The notes under the pieces are model-generated. The model had not been told where the DNA came from. It was given only the letters and a program-made list of their open reading frames with translations, and searched no databases. This document shows positions 35,026 to 45,862 of a stretch of DNA of 64,000 nucleotides, one piece after another; the stretch's first letter is position 1, and every line of letters starts with the position of its first letter. Origin of the DNA: Escherichia coli (GTDB lineage Bacteria; Pseudomonadota; Gammaproteobacteria; Enterobacterales; Enterobacteriaceae). The stretch is taken from the NCBI RefSeq assembly GCF_050920415.1, contig NZ_CP169309.1; one strand, given 5' to 3'. Position numbers and translations under genes: made by a program.

Positions 35026-37323
35026 ATGAAATGGCTATGTTCAGTAGGTATCGCGGTGAGTCTGGCCCTGCAACCAGCACTGGCGGATGATTTATTCGGT
35101 AACCATCCATTAACGCCTGAAGCGCGTGATGCGTTCGTCACCGAACTGCTCAAGAAAATGACAGTTGATGAGAAAATTGGCCAGCTGCGCTTAATCAGCG
35201 TCGGCCCGGATAATCCGAAAGAGGCGATCCGCGAGATGATCAAAGACGGGCAGGTTGGGGCGATTTTCAACACCGTAACCCGTCAGGATATCCGCGCCAT
35301 GCAGGATCAGGTGATGGAACTGAGCCGCCTGAAAATTCCTCTCTTCTTTGCTTACGATGTGCTGCACGGTCAACGCACGGTTTTCCCGATTAGCCTCGGT
35401 CTGGCCTCGTCTTTTAACCTCGATGCGGTGAAAACGGTCGGGCGTGTCTCTGCTTATGAAGCCGCAGATGATGGCCTGAACATGACCTGGGCACCGATGG
35501 TCGATGTCTCGCGCGATCCGCGCTGGGGACGTGCTTCCGAAGGTTTTGGCGAAGATACGTATCTCACTTCGATTATGGGTAAGACCATGGTGGAAGCGAT
35601 GCAGGGTAAAAGCCCGGCAGATCGCTACTCGGTGATGACCAGCGTCAAACACTTTGCCGCTTACGGCGCGGTAGAAGGTGGTAAAGAGTACAACACCGTC
35701 GATATGAGTCCGCAGCGCCTGTTTAACGACTATATGCCGCCGTACAAAGCGGGGCTGGATGCAGGCAGCGGTGCGGTAATGGTGGCGCTGAACTCGCTGA
35801 ATGGCACGCCAGCCACCTCCGACTCCTGGCTGCTGAAAGATGTGCTGCGCGATCAGTGGGGCTTTAAAGGCATTACCGTTTCCGATCATGGCGCAATCAA
35901 AGAGCTGATTAAACATGGCACGGCGGCAGACCCGGAAGATGCGGTGCGCGTGGCACTGAAATCCGGCATCAACATGAGTATGAGCGACGAGTATTACTCG
36001 AAGTATCTGCCTGGGTTGATCAAATCCGGCAAAGTGACGATGGAAGAGCTGGATGACGCTGCCCGTCATGTACTGAACGTGAAATATGATATGGGGTTGT
36101 TTAACGACCCGTACAGCCATCTCGGTCCGAAAGAGTCTGACCCGGTGGATACCAATGCCGAAAGCCGCCTGCACCGCAAAGAAGCGCGTGAAGTGGCACG
36201 CGAAAGCCTGGTGTTGCTGAAAAACCGCCTTGAAACGCTGCCGCTGAAAAAAACGGCAACCATTGCGGTGGTAGGGCCACTGGCGGACAGCAAACGTGAC
36301 GTGATGGGCAGCTGGTCCGCAGCCGGTGTTGCCGATCAATCCGTGACCGTACTGACCGGGATTAAAAATGCCGTCGGTGAAAACGGTAAAGTGCTGTACG
36401 CCAAAGGGGCGAACGTTACCAGTGACAAAGGCATTATCGATTTCCTGAATCAGTATGAAGAGGCGGTCAAAGTCGATCCGCGTTCGCCCCAAGAGATGAT
36501 TGATGAAGCGGTGCAAACCGCGAAACAATCTGATGTGGTGGTGGCTGTGGTCGGTGAAGCTCAGGGGATGGCGCACGAGGCTTCCAGCCGTACCGATATT
36601 ACTATTCCGCAAAGCCAACGTGACTTGATTGCGGCGCTGAAAGCCACCGGTAAACCGCTGGTGCTGGTGCTGATGAACGGGCGTCCGCTGGCGCTGGTGA
36701 AAGAAGATCAGCAGGCTGATGCGATTCTGGAAACCTGGTTTGCGGGGACTGAAGGCGGTAATGCGATTGCCGATGTGTTGTTTGGCGATTACAACCCGTC
36801 GGGCAAGCTGCCGATGTCCTTCCCGCGTTCTGTCGGGCAGATCCCGGTGTACTACAGCCATCTGAATACCGGGCGTCCGTATAATGCCGACAAGCCGAAC
36901 AAATACACTTCGCGTTATTTTGATGAAGCTAACGGGGCGCTGTATCCGTTCGGCTATGGTCTGAGCTATACCACCTTCACCGTCTCTGATGTGAAACTTT
37001 CTGCGCCGACCATGAAGCGTGACGGCAAAGTGACCGCCAGTGTGCAGGTGACGAACACCGGTAAGCGCGAAGGGGCGACGGTAGTGCAGATGTACTTGCA
37101 GGATGTGACGGCTTCCATGAGTCGCCCGGTGAAGCAGCTGAAAGGCTTTGAGAAAATCACCCTGAAACCGGGCGAAACTCAGACTGTTAGCTTCCCGATC
37201 GATATTGAGGCGCTGAAGTTCTGGAATCAACAGATGAAATATGACGCCGAGCCTGGCAAATTCAATGTCTTCATCGGCACTGATTCCGCGCGCGTTAAGA
37301 AAGGCGAGTTTGAGTTGCTGTAA
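35026..37323 (+). CDS. bglX: Periplasmic beta-glucosidase (GH3), ~765 aa
   Basis: Signal peptide 'MKWLCSVGIAVSLALQPALA', GH3 N- and C-terminal domains; start chosen at MKWL. Confidence 0.9.
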   Translation: MKWLCSVGIAVSLALQPALADDLFGNHPLTPEARDAFVTELLKKMTVDEKIGQLRLISVGPDNPKEAIREMIKDGQVGAIFNTVTRQDIRAMQDQVMELSRLKIPLFFAYDVLHGQRTVFPISLGLASSFNLDAVKTVGRVSAYEAADDGLNMTWAPMVDVSRDPRWGRASEGFGEDTYLTSIMGKTMVEAMQGKSPADRYSVMTSVKHFAAYGAVEGGKEYNTVDMSPQRLFNDYMPPYKAGLDAGSGAVMVALNSLNGTPATSDSWLLKDVLRDQWGFKGITVSDHGAIKELIKHGTAADPEDAVRVALKSGINMSMSDEYYSKYLPGLIKSGKVTMEELDDAARHVLNVKYDMGLFNDPYSHLGPKESDPVDTNAESRLHRKEAREVARESLVLLKNRLETLPLKKTATIAVVGPLADSKRDVMGSWSAAGVADQSVTVLTGIKNAVGENGKVLYAKGANVTSDKGIIDFLNQYEEAVKVDPRSPQEMIDEAVQTAKQSDVVVAVVGEAQGMAHEASSRTDITIPQSQRDLIAALKATGKPLVLVLMNGRPLALVKEDQQADAILETWFAGTEGGNAIADVLFGDYNPSGKLPMSFPRSVGQIPVYYSHLNTGRPYNADKPNKYTSRYFDEANGALYPFGYGLSYTTFTVSDVKLSAPTMKRDGKVTASVQVTNTGKREGATVVQMYLQDVTASMSRPVKQLKGFEKITLKPGETQTVSFPIDIEALKFWNQQMKYDAEPGKFNVFIGTDSARVKKGEFELL

Positions 37324-37332
37324 TGCTTTAGT

Positions 37333-37365
37333 AAGGGCGCGACGTCTGCGCCCTTTAAGTATTTC
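37333..37365 (+). terminator. Rho-independent terminator after bglX (agggcgc-gacgtct-gcgccct followed by T-rich tract)
   Basis: Hairpin and downstream 'ttaagtatttc' read in sequence. Confidence 0.5.
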
Positions 37366-37471
37366 TCTGATTCTGCAATTGAATCCCTCCGCTCAGGCTA
37401 ACCCCGCCATTATCAACTATGCTTTTCTCTTAATTCGCTGAAAACAACAGTAAAAGAATGAGGAAAGCATC

Positions 37472-38389
37472 ATGCCACTCTCAAAGCTCTGGGCAGGTTC
37501 ACTGGTTTTGTTGGCAGCCGTGAGCCTGCCGCTACAGGCGGCTTCTGCCGTTAAAGTCGGTTCAAAAATCGATACCGAAGGCGCGCTACTCGGCAACATT
37601 ATTTTGCAAGTGCTGGAAAGCCACGGCGTACCGACGGTGAATAAAGTCCAGTTGGGAACCACGCCGGTGGTGCGCGGCGCGATCACTTCTGGCGAGCTGG
37701 ATATCTATCCGGAATATACCGGTAATGGCGCTTTCTTCTTTAAAGATGAAAATGATGCGGCGTGGAAAAATGCCGGACAAGGCTACGAGAAAGTCAAAAA
37801 GCTCGATGCAGAGCAAAACAAGTTAATCTGGCTAACGCCCGCGCCTGCAAATAACACCTGGACCATCGCCGTGCGTCAGGATGTGGCAGAGAAAAATAAA
37901 CTCACTTCGCTTGCCGACCTGAGTCGTTATCTGAAAGAGGGTGGCACCTTCAAACTGGCAGCCTCGGCTGAGTTTATCGAACGCGCCGATGCCTTACCCG
38001 CTTTTGAAAAAGCCTACGACTTTAAACTCGGTCAGGATCAGTTGCTGTCACTGGCCGGTGGCGACACGGCGGTGACAATCAAAGCTGCTGCCCAGCAAAC
38101 ATCCGGCGTTAATGCGGCGATGGCTTACGGCACCGACGGCCCGGTCGCGGCGCTGGGGCTGCAAACCTTAAGCGATCCGCAAGGCGTGCAACCTATCTAC
38201 GCGCCTGCACCAGTGGTGCGTGAATCGGTGTTGAAGGAGTATCCGCAAATGGCACAGTGGCTACAGCCAGTCTTCGCCAGCCTCGATGCAAAAACATTGC
38301 AGCAACTGAATGCCAGCATTGCTGTGGAAGGACTGGATGCCAAAAAAGTGGCTGCCGACTACCTGAAACAAAAAGGGTGGACGAAGTAA
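37472..38389 (+). CDS. osmF: Glycine betaine/osmoprotectant ABC transporter periplasmic binding protein, 305 aa
   Basis: Signal peptide plus OpuAC-type binding protein; first gene of osmF-yehYXW operon. Confidence 0.85.
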   Translation: MPLSKLWAGSLVLLAAVSLPLQAASAVKVGSKIDTEGALLGNIILQVLESHGVPTVNKVQLGTTPVVRGAITSGELDIYPEYTGNGAFFFKDENDAAWKNAGQGYEKVKKLDAEQNKLIWLTPAPANNTWTIAVRQDVAEKNKLTSLADLSRYLKEGGTFKLAASAEFIERADALPAFEKAYDFKLGQDQLLSLAGGDTAVTIKAAAQQTSGVNAAMAYGTDGPVAALGLQTLSDPQGVQPIYAPAPVVRESVLKEYPQMAQWLQPVFASLDAKTLQQLNASIAVEGLDAKKVAADYLKQKGWTK

Positions 38390-38395
38390 TTTCCC

Positions 38396-39553
38396 GTGAC
38401 TTATTTCCGTATTAATCCTGTTCTGGCGCTGCTGCTGTTGCTGACGGCAATCGCAGCGGCGCTGCCGTTTATCAGTTACGCGCCTAATCGTTTAGTCTCG
38501 GGTGAGGGGCGTCATCTCTGGCAGCTGTGGCCGCAAACGATCTGGATGCTGGTGGGCGTTGGTTGCGCCTGGCTGACCGCCTGTTTTATTCCCGGTAAAA
38601 AAGGCAGCATTTTTGCACTCATTCTGGCGCAATTCGTCTTCATATTGCTGGTGTGGGGCGCGGGAAAGGCGGCGACACAACTGGCGCAAAATGGCAGTGC
38701 GCTGGCGCGTACCAGCCTCGGCAGTGGTTTCTGGCTGGCTGCGGCGCTGGCACTGCTGGCCTGTAGCGATGCCATCCGCCGAATCTCCACGCATCCGCTG
38801 TGGCGCTGGTTGTTGCATATGCAGATTGCCATTATTCCGCTGTGGTTGCTGTATTCCGGCGCGCTTAACGATCTCTCGCTAATGAAAGAATACGCCAACC
38901 GTCAGGATGTGTTTAATGACGCGCTGGCGCAACATCTGACGTTGCTGTTTGGTGCGGTGCTGCCTGCGTTAGTGATTGGTGTGCCGCTGGGCGTCTGGTG
39001 CTACTTTTCCACTGCGCGGCAGGGGGCGATTTTTTCTCTGCTGAATGTCATTCAGACCGTGCCTTCGGTGGCGCTCTTTGGCCTGTTGATTGCGCCGCTT
39101 GCCGCGCTGGTTACGGCCTTTCCGTGGCTGGGAACGCTCGGCGTAGCAGGAACCGGAATGACACCCGCACTGATTGCCCTGGTGCTCTATGCCTTGCTGC
39201 CGCTGGTGCGCGGTGTGGTAGTCGGCTTGAACCAGATCCCGCGCGATGTGCTGGAGAGCGCCAGAGCGATGGGCATGAGCGGGGCGCAGCGATTCCTGCA
39301 TGTTCAGTTACCGCTGGCGTTACCGGTATTTCTGCGCAGCCTGCGGGTGGTGATGGTGCAAACCGTCGGCATGGCGGTGATTGCGGCGTTAATCGGCGCA
39401 GGTGGTTTTGGTGCGCTGGTTTTCCAGGGGCTGCTAAGCAGTGCCATTGATTTAGTGTTGCTGGGGGTGATCCCGGTAATCGTACTGGCGGTGCTGATCG
39501 ACGCACTGTTCGATCTGGTTATCGCACTGCTGAAGGTGAAAAGTAATGATTGA
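38396..39553 (+). CDS. yehY: Osmoprotectant ABC transporter permease, 385 aa
   Basis: Polytopic permease; position in operon. Confidence 0.8.
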   Translation: MTYFRINPVLALLLLLTAIAAALPFISYAPNRLVSGEGRHLWQLWPQTIWMLVGVGCAWLTACFIPGKKGSIFALILAQFVFILLVWGAGKAATQLAQNGSALARTSLGSGFWLAAALALLACSDAIRRISTHPLWRWLLHMQIAIIPLWLLYSGALNDLSLMKEYANRQDVFNDALAQHLTLLFGAVLPALVIGVPLGVWCYFSTARQGAIFSLLNVIQTVPSVALFGLLIAPLAALVTAFPWLGTLGVAGTGMTPALIALVLYALLPLVRGVVVGLNQIPRDVLESARAMGMSGAQRFLHVQLPLALPVFLRSLRVVMVQTVGMAVIAALIGAGGFGALVFQGLLSSAIDLVLLGVIPVIVLAVLIDALFDLVIALLKVKSND

Positions 39554-40472
39554 ATTTAGCCATGTCAGCAAACTGTTCGGCACACAAAAAGCCGTTAACG
39601 ATCTCAACCTCAATTTTCAGGAAGGGAGTTTCTCGGTGCTGATTGGTACATCAGGCTCCGGTAAATCCACCACATTGAAAATGATCAACCGTCTGGTAGA
39701 GCATGACAGCGGAGTGATCCGCTTTGCCGGAGAAGAAATTCGCTCGCTGCCAGTGCTGGAGTTACGCCGCCGGATGGGCTATGCCATTCAATCTATTGGC
39801 CTGTTTCCCCACTGGAGCGTGGCGCAAAACATTGCTACTGTGCCGCAATTACAAAAATGGTCGCGGGCGCGGATCGACGACCGTATCGACGAATTAATGG
39901 CGCTACTGGGGCTGGAGCCAAATTTGCGTGAGCGTTATCCGCATCAGCTTTCCGGTGGTCAGCAGCAACGTGTGGGAGTGGCCCGCGCGTTGGCTGCCGA
40001 TCCGCAAGTCTTACTGATGGATGAACCTTTTGGCGCACTGGACCCGGTAACGCGTGGTGCGTTGCAACAAGAGATGACGCGTATTCACCGTTTGTTAGGG
40101 CGCACCATTGTGCTGGTCACTCATGATATTGATGAGGCGCTACGGTTGGCAGAACATCTGGTATTGATGGATCACGGTGAAGTGGTGCAGCAGGGCAATC
40201 CTCTGGCGATGCTGACTCGTCCGGCGAATGATTTCGTCCGCCAGTTTTTTGGCCGTAGTGAACTGGGGGTCCGCCTGCTTTCGTTACGTAGCGTGGCGGA
40301 TTATGTGCGCCGCGAAGAACGGGCAGAAGGTGAGGCACTGGCAGAAGAGATGACGCTACGCGATGCGCTCTCCCTGTTTGTCGCGCGGGGATGCGAAGTG
40401 CTGCCGGTGGTGAACACGCAGGGCCAGCCTTGCGGCACGCTGCATTTTCAGGATCTGCTGGTGGAGGCGTAA
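39546..40472 (+). CDS. yehX: Osmoprotectant ABC transporter ATP-binding protein with C-terminal CBS-like region, 308 aa
   Basis: Walker A 'GTSGSGKST', signature 'LSGGQQQRV', Walker B '[11 protein letters not shown]'. Confidence 0.85.
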   Translation: MIEFSHVSKLFGTQKAVNDLNLNFQEGSFSVLIGTSGSGKSTTLKMINRLVEHDSGVIRFAGEEIRSLPVLELRRRMGYAIQSIGLFPHWSVAQNIATVPQLQKWSRARIDDRIDELMALLGLEPNLRERYPHQLSGGQQQRVGVARALAADPQVLLMDEPFGALDPVTRGALQQEMTRIHRLLGRTIVLVTHDIDEALRLAEHLVLMDHGEVVQQGNPLAMLTRPANDFVRQFFGRSELGVRLLSLRSVADYVRREERAEGEALAEEMTLRDALSLFVARGCEVLPVVNTQGQPCGTLHFQDLLVEA

Positions 40473-40476
40473 GCGT

Positions 40477-41208
40477 ATGAAGATGTTGCGCGATCCGCTG
40501 TTCTGGCTCATTGCTCTGTTTGTGGCACTGATTTTCTGGCTGCCTTACAGCCAGCCGCTGTTTTCTGCCTTGTTCCCACAACTGCCACGCCCCGTTTATC
40601 AGCAAGAAAGTTTTGCTGCTCTGGCACTGGCTCATTTCTGGCTGGTGGGAATTTCGAGTTTGTTTGCGGTGATCATTGGCACAGGTGCCGGAATTATTGT
40701 TACTCGCCCGTGGGGCGCGGAATTTCGCCCACTGGTGGAAACTATTGCCGCCGTTGGGCAGACTTTTCCGCCCGTTGCGGTGCTGGCGATTGCCGTTCCG
40801 GTGATTGGGTTTGGTCTGCAACCGGCGATTATCGCCTTGATCCTGTACGGTGTGCTGCCCGTCCTGCAGGCGACACTTGCCGGGCTGGGAGCGATTGATG
40901 TCAGCGTGACAGAAGTTGCGAAAGGTATGGGAATGAGCCGTGGTCAGCAACTGCGTAAGGTCGAGCTACCGCTGGCGGCTCCGGTGATTCTGGCGGGCGT
41001 GCGAACTTCGGTGATTATCAACATTGGTACGGCGACGATCGCCTCAACGGTAGGGGCCAGCACGCTGGGTACGCCCATCATCATCGGGCTTAGCGGATTT
41101 AATACCGCGTATGTGATCCAGGGGGCGTTACTGGTGGCACTGGCGGCGATCATCGCAGACCGCCTGTTTGAAAGGCTGGTGCAGGCGCTTAGCCAGCACG
41201 CAAAATAA
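40477..41208 (+). CDS. yehW: Osmoprotectant ABC transporter permease, 243 aa
   Basis: Polytopic permease closing the operon. Confidence 0.85.
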
Positions 41209-41296
41209 AGGTATAACCTGCGAGCATGACGCCACCAATTCCGCCTAACGCCATAAAAAGGAACAGGGCGATGACCCCAATTTTAGCTATGCGCAT
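41189..41296 (-). CDS. yohO: Small membrane protein, 35 aa ([35 protein letters not shown])
   Basis: Not in ORF track; hand-translated. GGAG Shine-Dalgarno-like motif upstream; overlaps 3' end of yehW on opposite strand; matches the known small protein YohO as I recall it. Confidence 0.6.
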
Positions 41297-41355
41297 AATG
41301 CACTCCTTATGTTAACGAAAGGATTGTACAGTAAAGCGCATTTGTTAACGAATCA

Positions 41356-42087
41356 TTAAATGCCGAGTGGGAAAATATCATGGCCTTGTTCCTGCCAACT
41401 GGTAAGTTGCTGCTGTTGGGCAGAGGTTCGATTTTCACCGCACCACACCAGCAATGTACGGCCTTCGAACAGTTCTGGGCGTAGTTGATTGAGCGAGTGG
41501 GCGAGGACATCAATGCGCCATCCTTGTTGACTGGCAATCCAGCCCTCTAGCCACAGACGGGTGGTATCCTGAATATTCCAGCCAACCACTAGCGCATCTT
41601 TACCCTGTTTTTTACGTGCCGAAGCCAGACAAATGGCGATGTAGTTGATCAGTACGCCGTCGAGGATCGCCAGCAGCGCCTGGAGAGTCGGTTGTTGGCA
41701 CTGAAGCCGTCGGCGCAGAGGAATAAACAGGTGCGTGGTGAGTGTCTGGGCGGGGTAATCCTGACCGCGCTCTTTGATCCACGTTCGCAGGCTATGCAGA
41801 TTGCCGCTTTGCAGGTAAGTCAGTAATGTTTCTTGCTGATCGCGCCAGCCGTTCTGCACATCAACATTTTCATTACTGAGCAGCATTTTAACTTTGCTGA
41901 CCTGCACGCCGTTGTCGATCCAGCGTTTGATCTCGCGGATCCGGTCAATATCGGCATCATTGAACAGCCGATGACCGCCGTCTGTCCGTTGCGGTTTCAG
42001 CAATCCGTAACGCCTCTGCCACGCGCGTAACGTGACAGGGTTAATATCACAAAGCAACGCCACTTCACCAATTGTGTAAAGCGCCAT
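41356..42087 (-). CDS. mlrA: MerR-family transcriptional regulator (curli/csgD activator MlrA), 243 aa
   Basis: N-terminal MerR HTH 'MALYTIGEVALLCDINPVTLRAWQRRYGLLKPQRTDGGHRLF'. Confidence 0.85.
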   Translation of the reverse strand: MALYTIGEVALLCDINPVTLRAWQRRYGLLKPQRTDGGHRLFNDADIDRIREIKRWIDNGVQVSKVKMLLSNENVDVQNGWRDQQETLLTYLQSGNLHSLRTWIKERGQDYPAQTLTTHLFIPLRRRLQCQQPTLQALLAILDGVLINYIAICLASARKKQGKDALVVGWNIQDTTRLWLEGWIASQQGWRIDVLAHSLNQLRPELFEGRTLLVWCGENRTSAQQQQLTSWQEQGHDIFPLGI

Positions 42088-42308
42088 CGTCTCACCCTTG
42101 CTCGCGAGGTCCCAGTTTAACTTTAGACGCAGTTTTGCGAACCAGGTAGTTTTGCCCGTTTTTTGTTCATCTATAGGGTGATTTTATTTTTGCCAGGCGA
42201 TTTTGAGTGATCGTACTCACGAATTCTCATTTTTCTGCAAGAGTTCAAAGAAAGTTAAAGGCAGGCAATGTATGTTACGCGTTTTAAAGGGAAGTGTGGT
42301 TTGCGGGT

Positions 42309-43994
42309 ATGTACGATTTTAATCTGGTGTTGCTGCTGCTTCAGCAGATGTGCGTTTTTTTAGTCATTGCGTGGTTAATGAGTAAAACGCCATTATTCAT
42401 ACCGTTAATGCAGGTCACGGTTCGTCTGCCGCATAAATTTCTCTGCTACATCGTCTTTTCCATCTTCTGCATCATGGGCACCTGGTTTGGGCTGCACATT
42501 GACGATTCTATTGCCAATACCCGTGCGATTGGTGCGGTAATGGGCGGCTTACTCGGCGGTCCGGTCGTCGGTGGGCTGGTTGGTCTGACCGGCGGGTTAC
42601 ATCGATATTCGATGGGGGGCATGACCGCGCTAAGTTGCATGATCTCGACCATCGTTGAAGGATTGCTCGGCGGCCTGGTACACAGCATCCTGATCCGTCG
42701 CGGGCGTACTGATAAAGTCTTTAATCCCATTACCGCGGGTGCCGTCACGTTCGTCGCTGAAATGGTGCAAATGCTGATCATCCTGGCGATCGCCCGACCT
42801 TATGAAGATGCGGTGCGTCTGGTGAGTAATATTGCTGCGCCAATGATGGTCACCAATACCGTCGGCGCGGCGCTGTTTATGCGTATATTGCTCGATAAAC
42901 GCGCGATGTTTGAAAAATACACTTCGGCTTTTTCTGCTACTGCGCTGAAAGTGGCTGCCTCGACGGAAGGCATTTTGCGCCAGGGGTTTAACGAAGTGAA
43001 CAGCATGAAAGTGGCACAGGTGCTGTATCAGGAGCTGGATATTGGTGCAGTCGCGATTACCGATCGAGAGAAATTGCTGGCTTTTACCGGAATTGGTGAC
43101 GACCACCATTTACCCGGCAAACCGATTTCTTCGACTTACACCTTAAAAGCGATTGAAACCGGTGAAGTGGTCTACGCCGATGGCAACGAAGTGCCTTACC
43201 GTTGCTCGTTGCATCCGCAATGCAAACTGGGTTCGACGCTGGTGATTCCGTTGCGTGGTGAAAATCAGCGGGTGATGGGCACCATCAAATTGTATGAAGC
43301 CAAAAACCGTTTGTTCAGTTCAATCAATCGCACGCTGGGCGAGGGGATTGCGCAACTGCTTTCGGCGCAGATCCTCGCCGGGCAATATGAGCGGCAAAAA
43401 GCGATGCTCACCCAGTCAGAGATCAAACTGCTTCACGCCCAGGTGAACCCCCATTTTTTGTTTAATGCGCTTAACACCATTAAAGCGGTGATCCGCCGCG
43501 ACAGCGAACAGGCCAGCCAGCTGGTGCAGTATCTTTCCACTTTTTTCCGTAAAAACTTAAAGCGGCCTTCGGAGTTTGTTACTCTCGCCGACGAAATTGA
43601 ACATGTGAATGCTTATCTGCAAATTGAAAAGGCGCGCTTCCAGTCGCGGTTGCAGGTCAACATTGCTATTCCGCAAGAATTATCCCAGCAGCAATTGCCC
43701 GCGTTTACCCTGCAACCGATAGTGGAAAACGCTATTAAACATGGGACATCACAACTGCTCGATACAGGGCGAGTGGAAATCAGCGCCCGACGTGAGGGGC
43801 AACATTTGATGCTGGAGATCGAAGACAATGCCGGTTTGTATCAACCGGTAACCAATGCCAGTGGGCTGGGGATGAATCTGGTGGATAAGCGTTTACGTGA
43901 ACGGTTTGGCGATGACTATGGGATAAGCGTCGCCTGTGAGCCTGATAGTTACACCCGAATAACGTTACGACTACCATGGAGGGACGAGGCATGA
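42309..43994 (+). CDS. btsS: LytS-type sensor histidine kinase (pyruvate-sensing BtsS/YehU), ~561 aa
   Basis: 5TMR-LYT membrane domain, GAF, His_kinase ('[17 protein letters not shown]') and HATPase domains. Confidence 0.85.
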   Translation: MYDFNLVLLLLQQMCVFLVIAWLMSKTPLFIPLMQVTVRLPHKFLCYIVFSIFCIMGTWFGLHIDDSIANTRAIGAVMGGLLGGPVVGGLVGLTGGLHRYSMGGMTALSCMISTIVEGLLGGLVHSILIRRGRTDKVFNPITAGAVTFVAEMVQMLIILAIARPYEDAVRLVSNIAAPMMVTNTVGAALFMRILLDKRAMFEKYTSAFSATALKVAASTEGILRQGFNEVNSMKVAQVLYQELDIGAVAITDREKLLAFTGIGDDHHLPGKPISSTYTLKAIETGEVVYADGNEVPYRCSLHPQCKLGSTLVIPLRGENQRVMGTIKLYEAKNRLFSSINRTLGEGIAQLLSAQILAGQYERQKAMLTQSEIKLLHAQVNPHFLFNALNTIKAVIRRDSEQASQLVQYLSTFFRKNLKRPSEFVTLADEIEHVNAYLQIEKARFQSRLQVNIAIPQELSQQQLPAFTLQPIVENAIKHGTSQLLDTGRVEISARREGQHLMLEIEDNAGLYQPVTNASGLGMNLVDKRLRERFGDDYGISVACEPDSYTRITLRLPWRDEA

Positions 43995-44710
43995 TTAAAG
44001 TCTTAATTGTCGATGATGAGCCGTTAGCACGGGAGAACCTGCGCGTATTTTTGCAGGAGCAGAGCGATATTGAAATCGTTGGTGAGTGTTCAAACGCCGT
44101 AGAAGGGATCGGCGCGGTGCATAAACTGCGCCCGGACGTGCTGTTTCTCGATATCCAGATGCCGCGTATTAGCGGTCTGGAAATGGTGGGGATGCTCGAC
44201 CCGGAACATCGTCCGTATATCGTTTTTCTCACCGCGTTTGACGAATACGCCATTAAAGCCTTTGAAGAACATGCATTTGATTATCTCCTGAAGCCAATTG
44301 ATGAAGCGCGGCTGGAGAAAACGCTGGCGCGTTTGCGTCAGGAGCGCAGCAAGCAGGATGTTTCGCTGTTACCGGAAAATCAACAGGCGCTGAAATTTAT
44401 CCCTTGTACGGGGCATAGTCGGATTTATTTGCTGCAAATGAGAGATGTAGCATTTGTCAGCAGTCGGATGAGCGGTGTCTACGTTACCAGCCACGAAGGG
44501 AAAGAAGGTTTTACCGAACTGACATTACGTACCCTGGAGAGTCGTACACCACTACTACGCTGCCATCGTCAGTATCTGGTTAACCTCGCGCATTTACAGG
44601 AGATTCGTCTGGAAGATAACGGCCAGGCCGAGTTGATTTTACGTAATGGCTTAACTGTTCCGGTCAGCCGCCGCTATCTGAAAAGTTTAAAAGAGGCGAT
44701 TGGCCTGTAA
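43991..44710 (+). CDS. btsR: LytTR-family response regulator (BtsR/YehT), ~239 aa
   Basis: Receiver domain ('[16 protein letters not shown]', 'LDIQMP') and LytTR DNA-binding domain; ATGA overlap with btsS. Confidence 0.85.
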   Translation: MIKVLIVDDEPLARENLRVFLQEQSDIEIVGECSNAVEGIGAVHKLRPDVLFLDIQMPRISGLEMVGMLDPEHRPYIVFLTAFDEYAIKAFEEHAFDYLLKPIDEARLEKTLARLRQERSKQDVSLLPENQQALKFIPCTGHSRIYLLQMRDVAFVSSRMSGVYVTSHEGKEGFTELTLRTLESRTPLLRCHRQYLVNLAHLQEIRLEDNGQAELILRNGLTVPVSRRYLKSLKEAIGL

Positions 44711-44756
44711 AAGACTGCTAAAATGGTTTTTTGCCTCATCAACACCTGAAGGCCTC

Positions 44757-45227
44757 ATGCTAAGTAACGATATTCTGCGCAGCGTGCGCTACATTTTGAA
44801 AGCCAATAATAACGACCTGGTGCGCATTCTGGCGCTGGGTAATGTCGAAGCCACTGCGGAACAGATCGCCGTCTGGCTACGCAAAGAAGACGAAGAAGGG
44901 TTTCAGCGTTGTCCGGACATTGTTCTGTCTTCATTCCTGAATGGCCTGATTTATGAAAAACGTGGCAAGGATGAGTCAGCTCCGGCACTGGAGCCGGAAC
45001 GTCGCATTAATAACAACATCGTGCTGAAAAAATTACGTATCGCGTTTTCGCTGAAAACTGATGATATTCTGGCGATCCTTACTGAACAGCAGTTCCGCGT
45101 TTCGATGCCGGAAATTACGGCGATGATGCGTGCACCGGATCATAAAAACTTTCGTGAATGCGGCGATCAATTCATGCGTTATTTTCTGCGTGGGCTGGCA
45201 GCGCGCCAGCATGTGAAGAAAAGCTAA
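44757..45227 (+). CDS. yehS: DUF1456-family protein, ~156 aa
   Basis: Internally duplicated DUF1456 repeats; start chosen at MLSNDILRSV. Confidence 0.7.
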   Translation: MLSNDILRSVRYILKANNNDLVRILALGNVEATAEQIAVWLRKEDEEGFQRCPDIVLSSFLNGLIYEKRGKDESAPALEPERRINNNIVLKKLRIAFSLKTDDILAILTEQQFRVSMPEITAMMRAPDHKNFRECGDQFMRYFLRGLAARQHVKKS

Positions 45228-45235
45228 GGCGGGTA

Positions 45236-45263
45236 TGGCGGCCATGCGAAGAACATGGCCGCC
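45236..45263. terminator. Hairpin (atggcggccat-N8-atggccgcc) between convergent yehS and yehR; possible bidirectional terminator
   Basis: Inverted repeat read in sequence; weak U-tracts. Confidence 0.35.
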
Positions 45264-45269
45264 GACAGA

Positions 45270-45731
45270 TTATTTCACTTCTTTAAAACCAGCGGCTTTC
45301 ATCACCAGTTCCATTTGCGCCATAGTGATACCTTTTTTGGCATCTTCAGCAGAAACGTTGATACCTGAAATACCCTGCAGGGCTTTAAAATCAACTTTTT
45401 CCATATCGATAGTCACGTTTTCCTGAGCATAGGTATCGGTAAAGGTTAATTTTTCTTCAACGCCAGGGATGTTTTTATATTTGGCACTTAACGGCTCAAG
45501 TGTCTTGGCAGCATCTTCTTTGGTGGTTGCACCAATGGAGGCAAATTGAATTTTGGTTTCAGAAGATTGCTTAAGAACCTTGTCACCTTTGTAGACATAG
45601 GTAATAGCAATTTCAGTACCGTTCAGATTAGCGCTAAATTTCTTCGATTCTTCTTTGTCACCGCAGCCAGCAAGAGAGAAAACCAGAACAGATGCAACAA
45701 CAAGGGAAAACAGCTTATTGAAAGCCTTCAT
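45270..45731 (-). CDS. yehR: DUF1307-family lipoprotein, ~153 aa
   Basis: Lipobox 'VFSLAGC'; start chosen at MKAFNKLF. Confidence 0.75.
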   Translation of the reverse strand: MKAFNKLFSLVVASVLVFSLAGCGDKEESKKFSANLNGTEIAITYVYKGDKVLKQSSETKIQFASIGATTKEDAAKTLEPLSAKYKNIPGVEEKLTFTDTYAQENVTIDMEKVDFKALQGISGINVSAEDAKKGITMAQMELVMKAAGFKEVK

Positions 45732-45862
45732 GTAAAACTCCATTTTATTTAATCAAGGAACTGGTGACCACACCAGGGGCCATATAGGATATGCCTAATA
45801 CCTTGGCGTGAGCAGTCCGGAACTGGAGTAGAACTCTTTGTAAAAAGCACTATTTGTCCTTG

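Noticed and set aside
35191-37230. 679-aa minus-strand ORF
   Set aside because: Antisense to bglX, whose GH3 homology is strong; the translation is Arg/His-rich low-complexity typical of antisense frames in GC-rich coding DNA.
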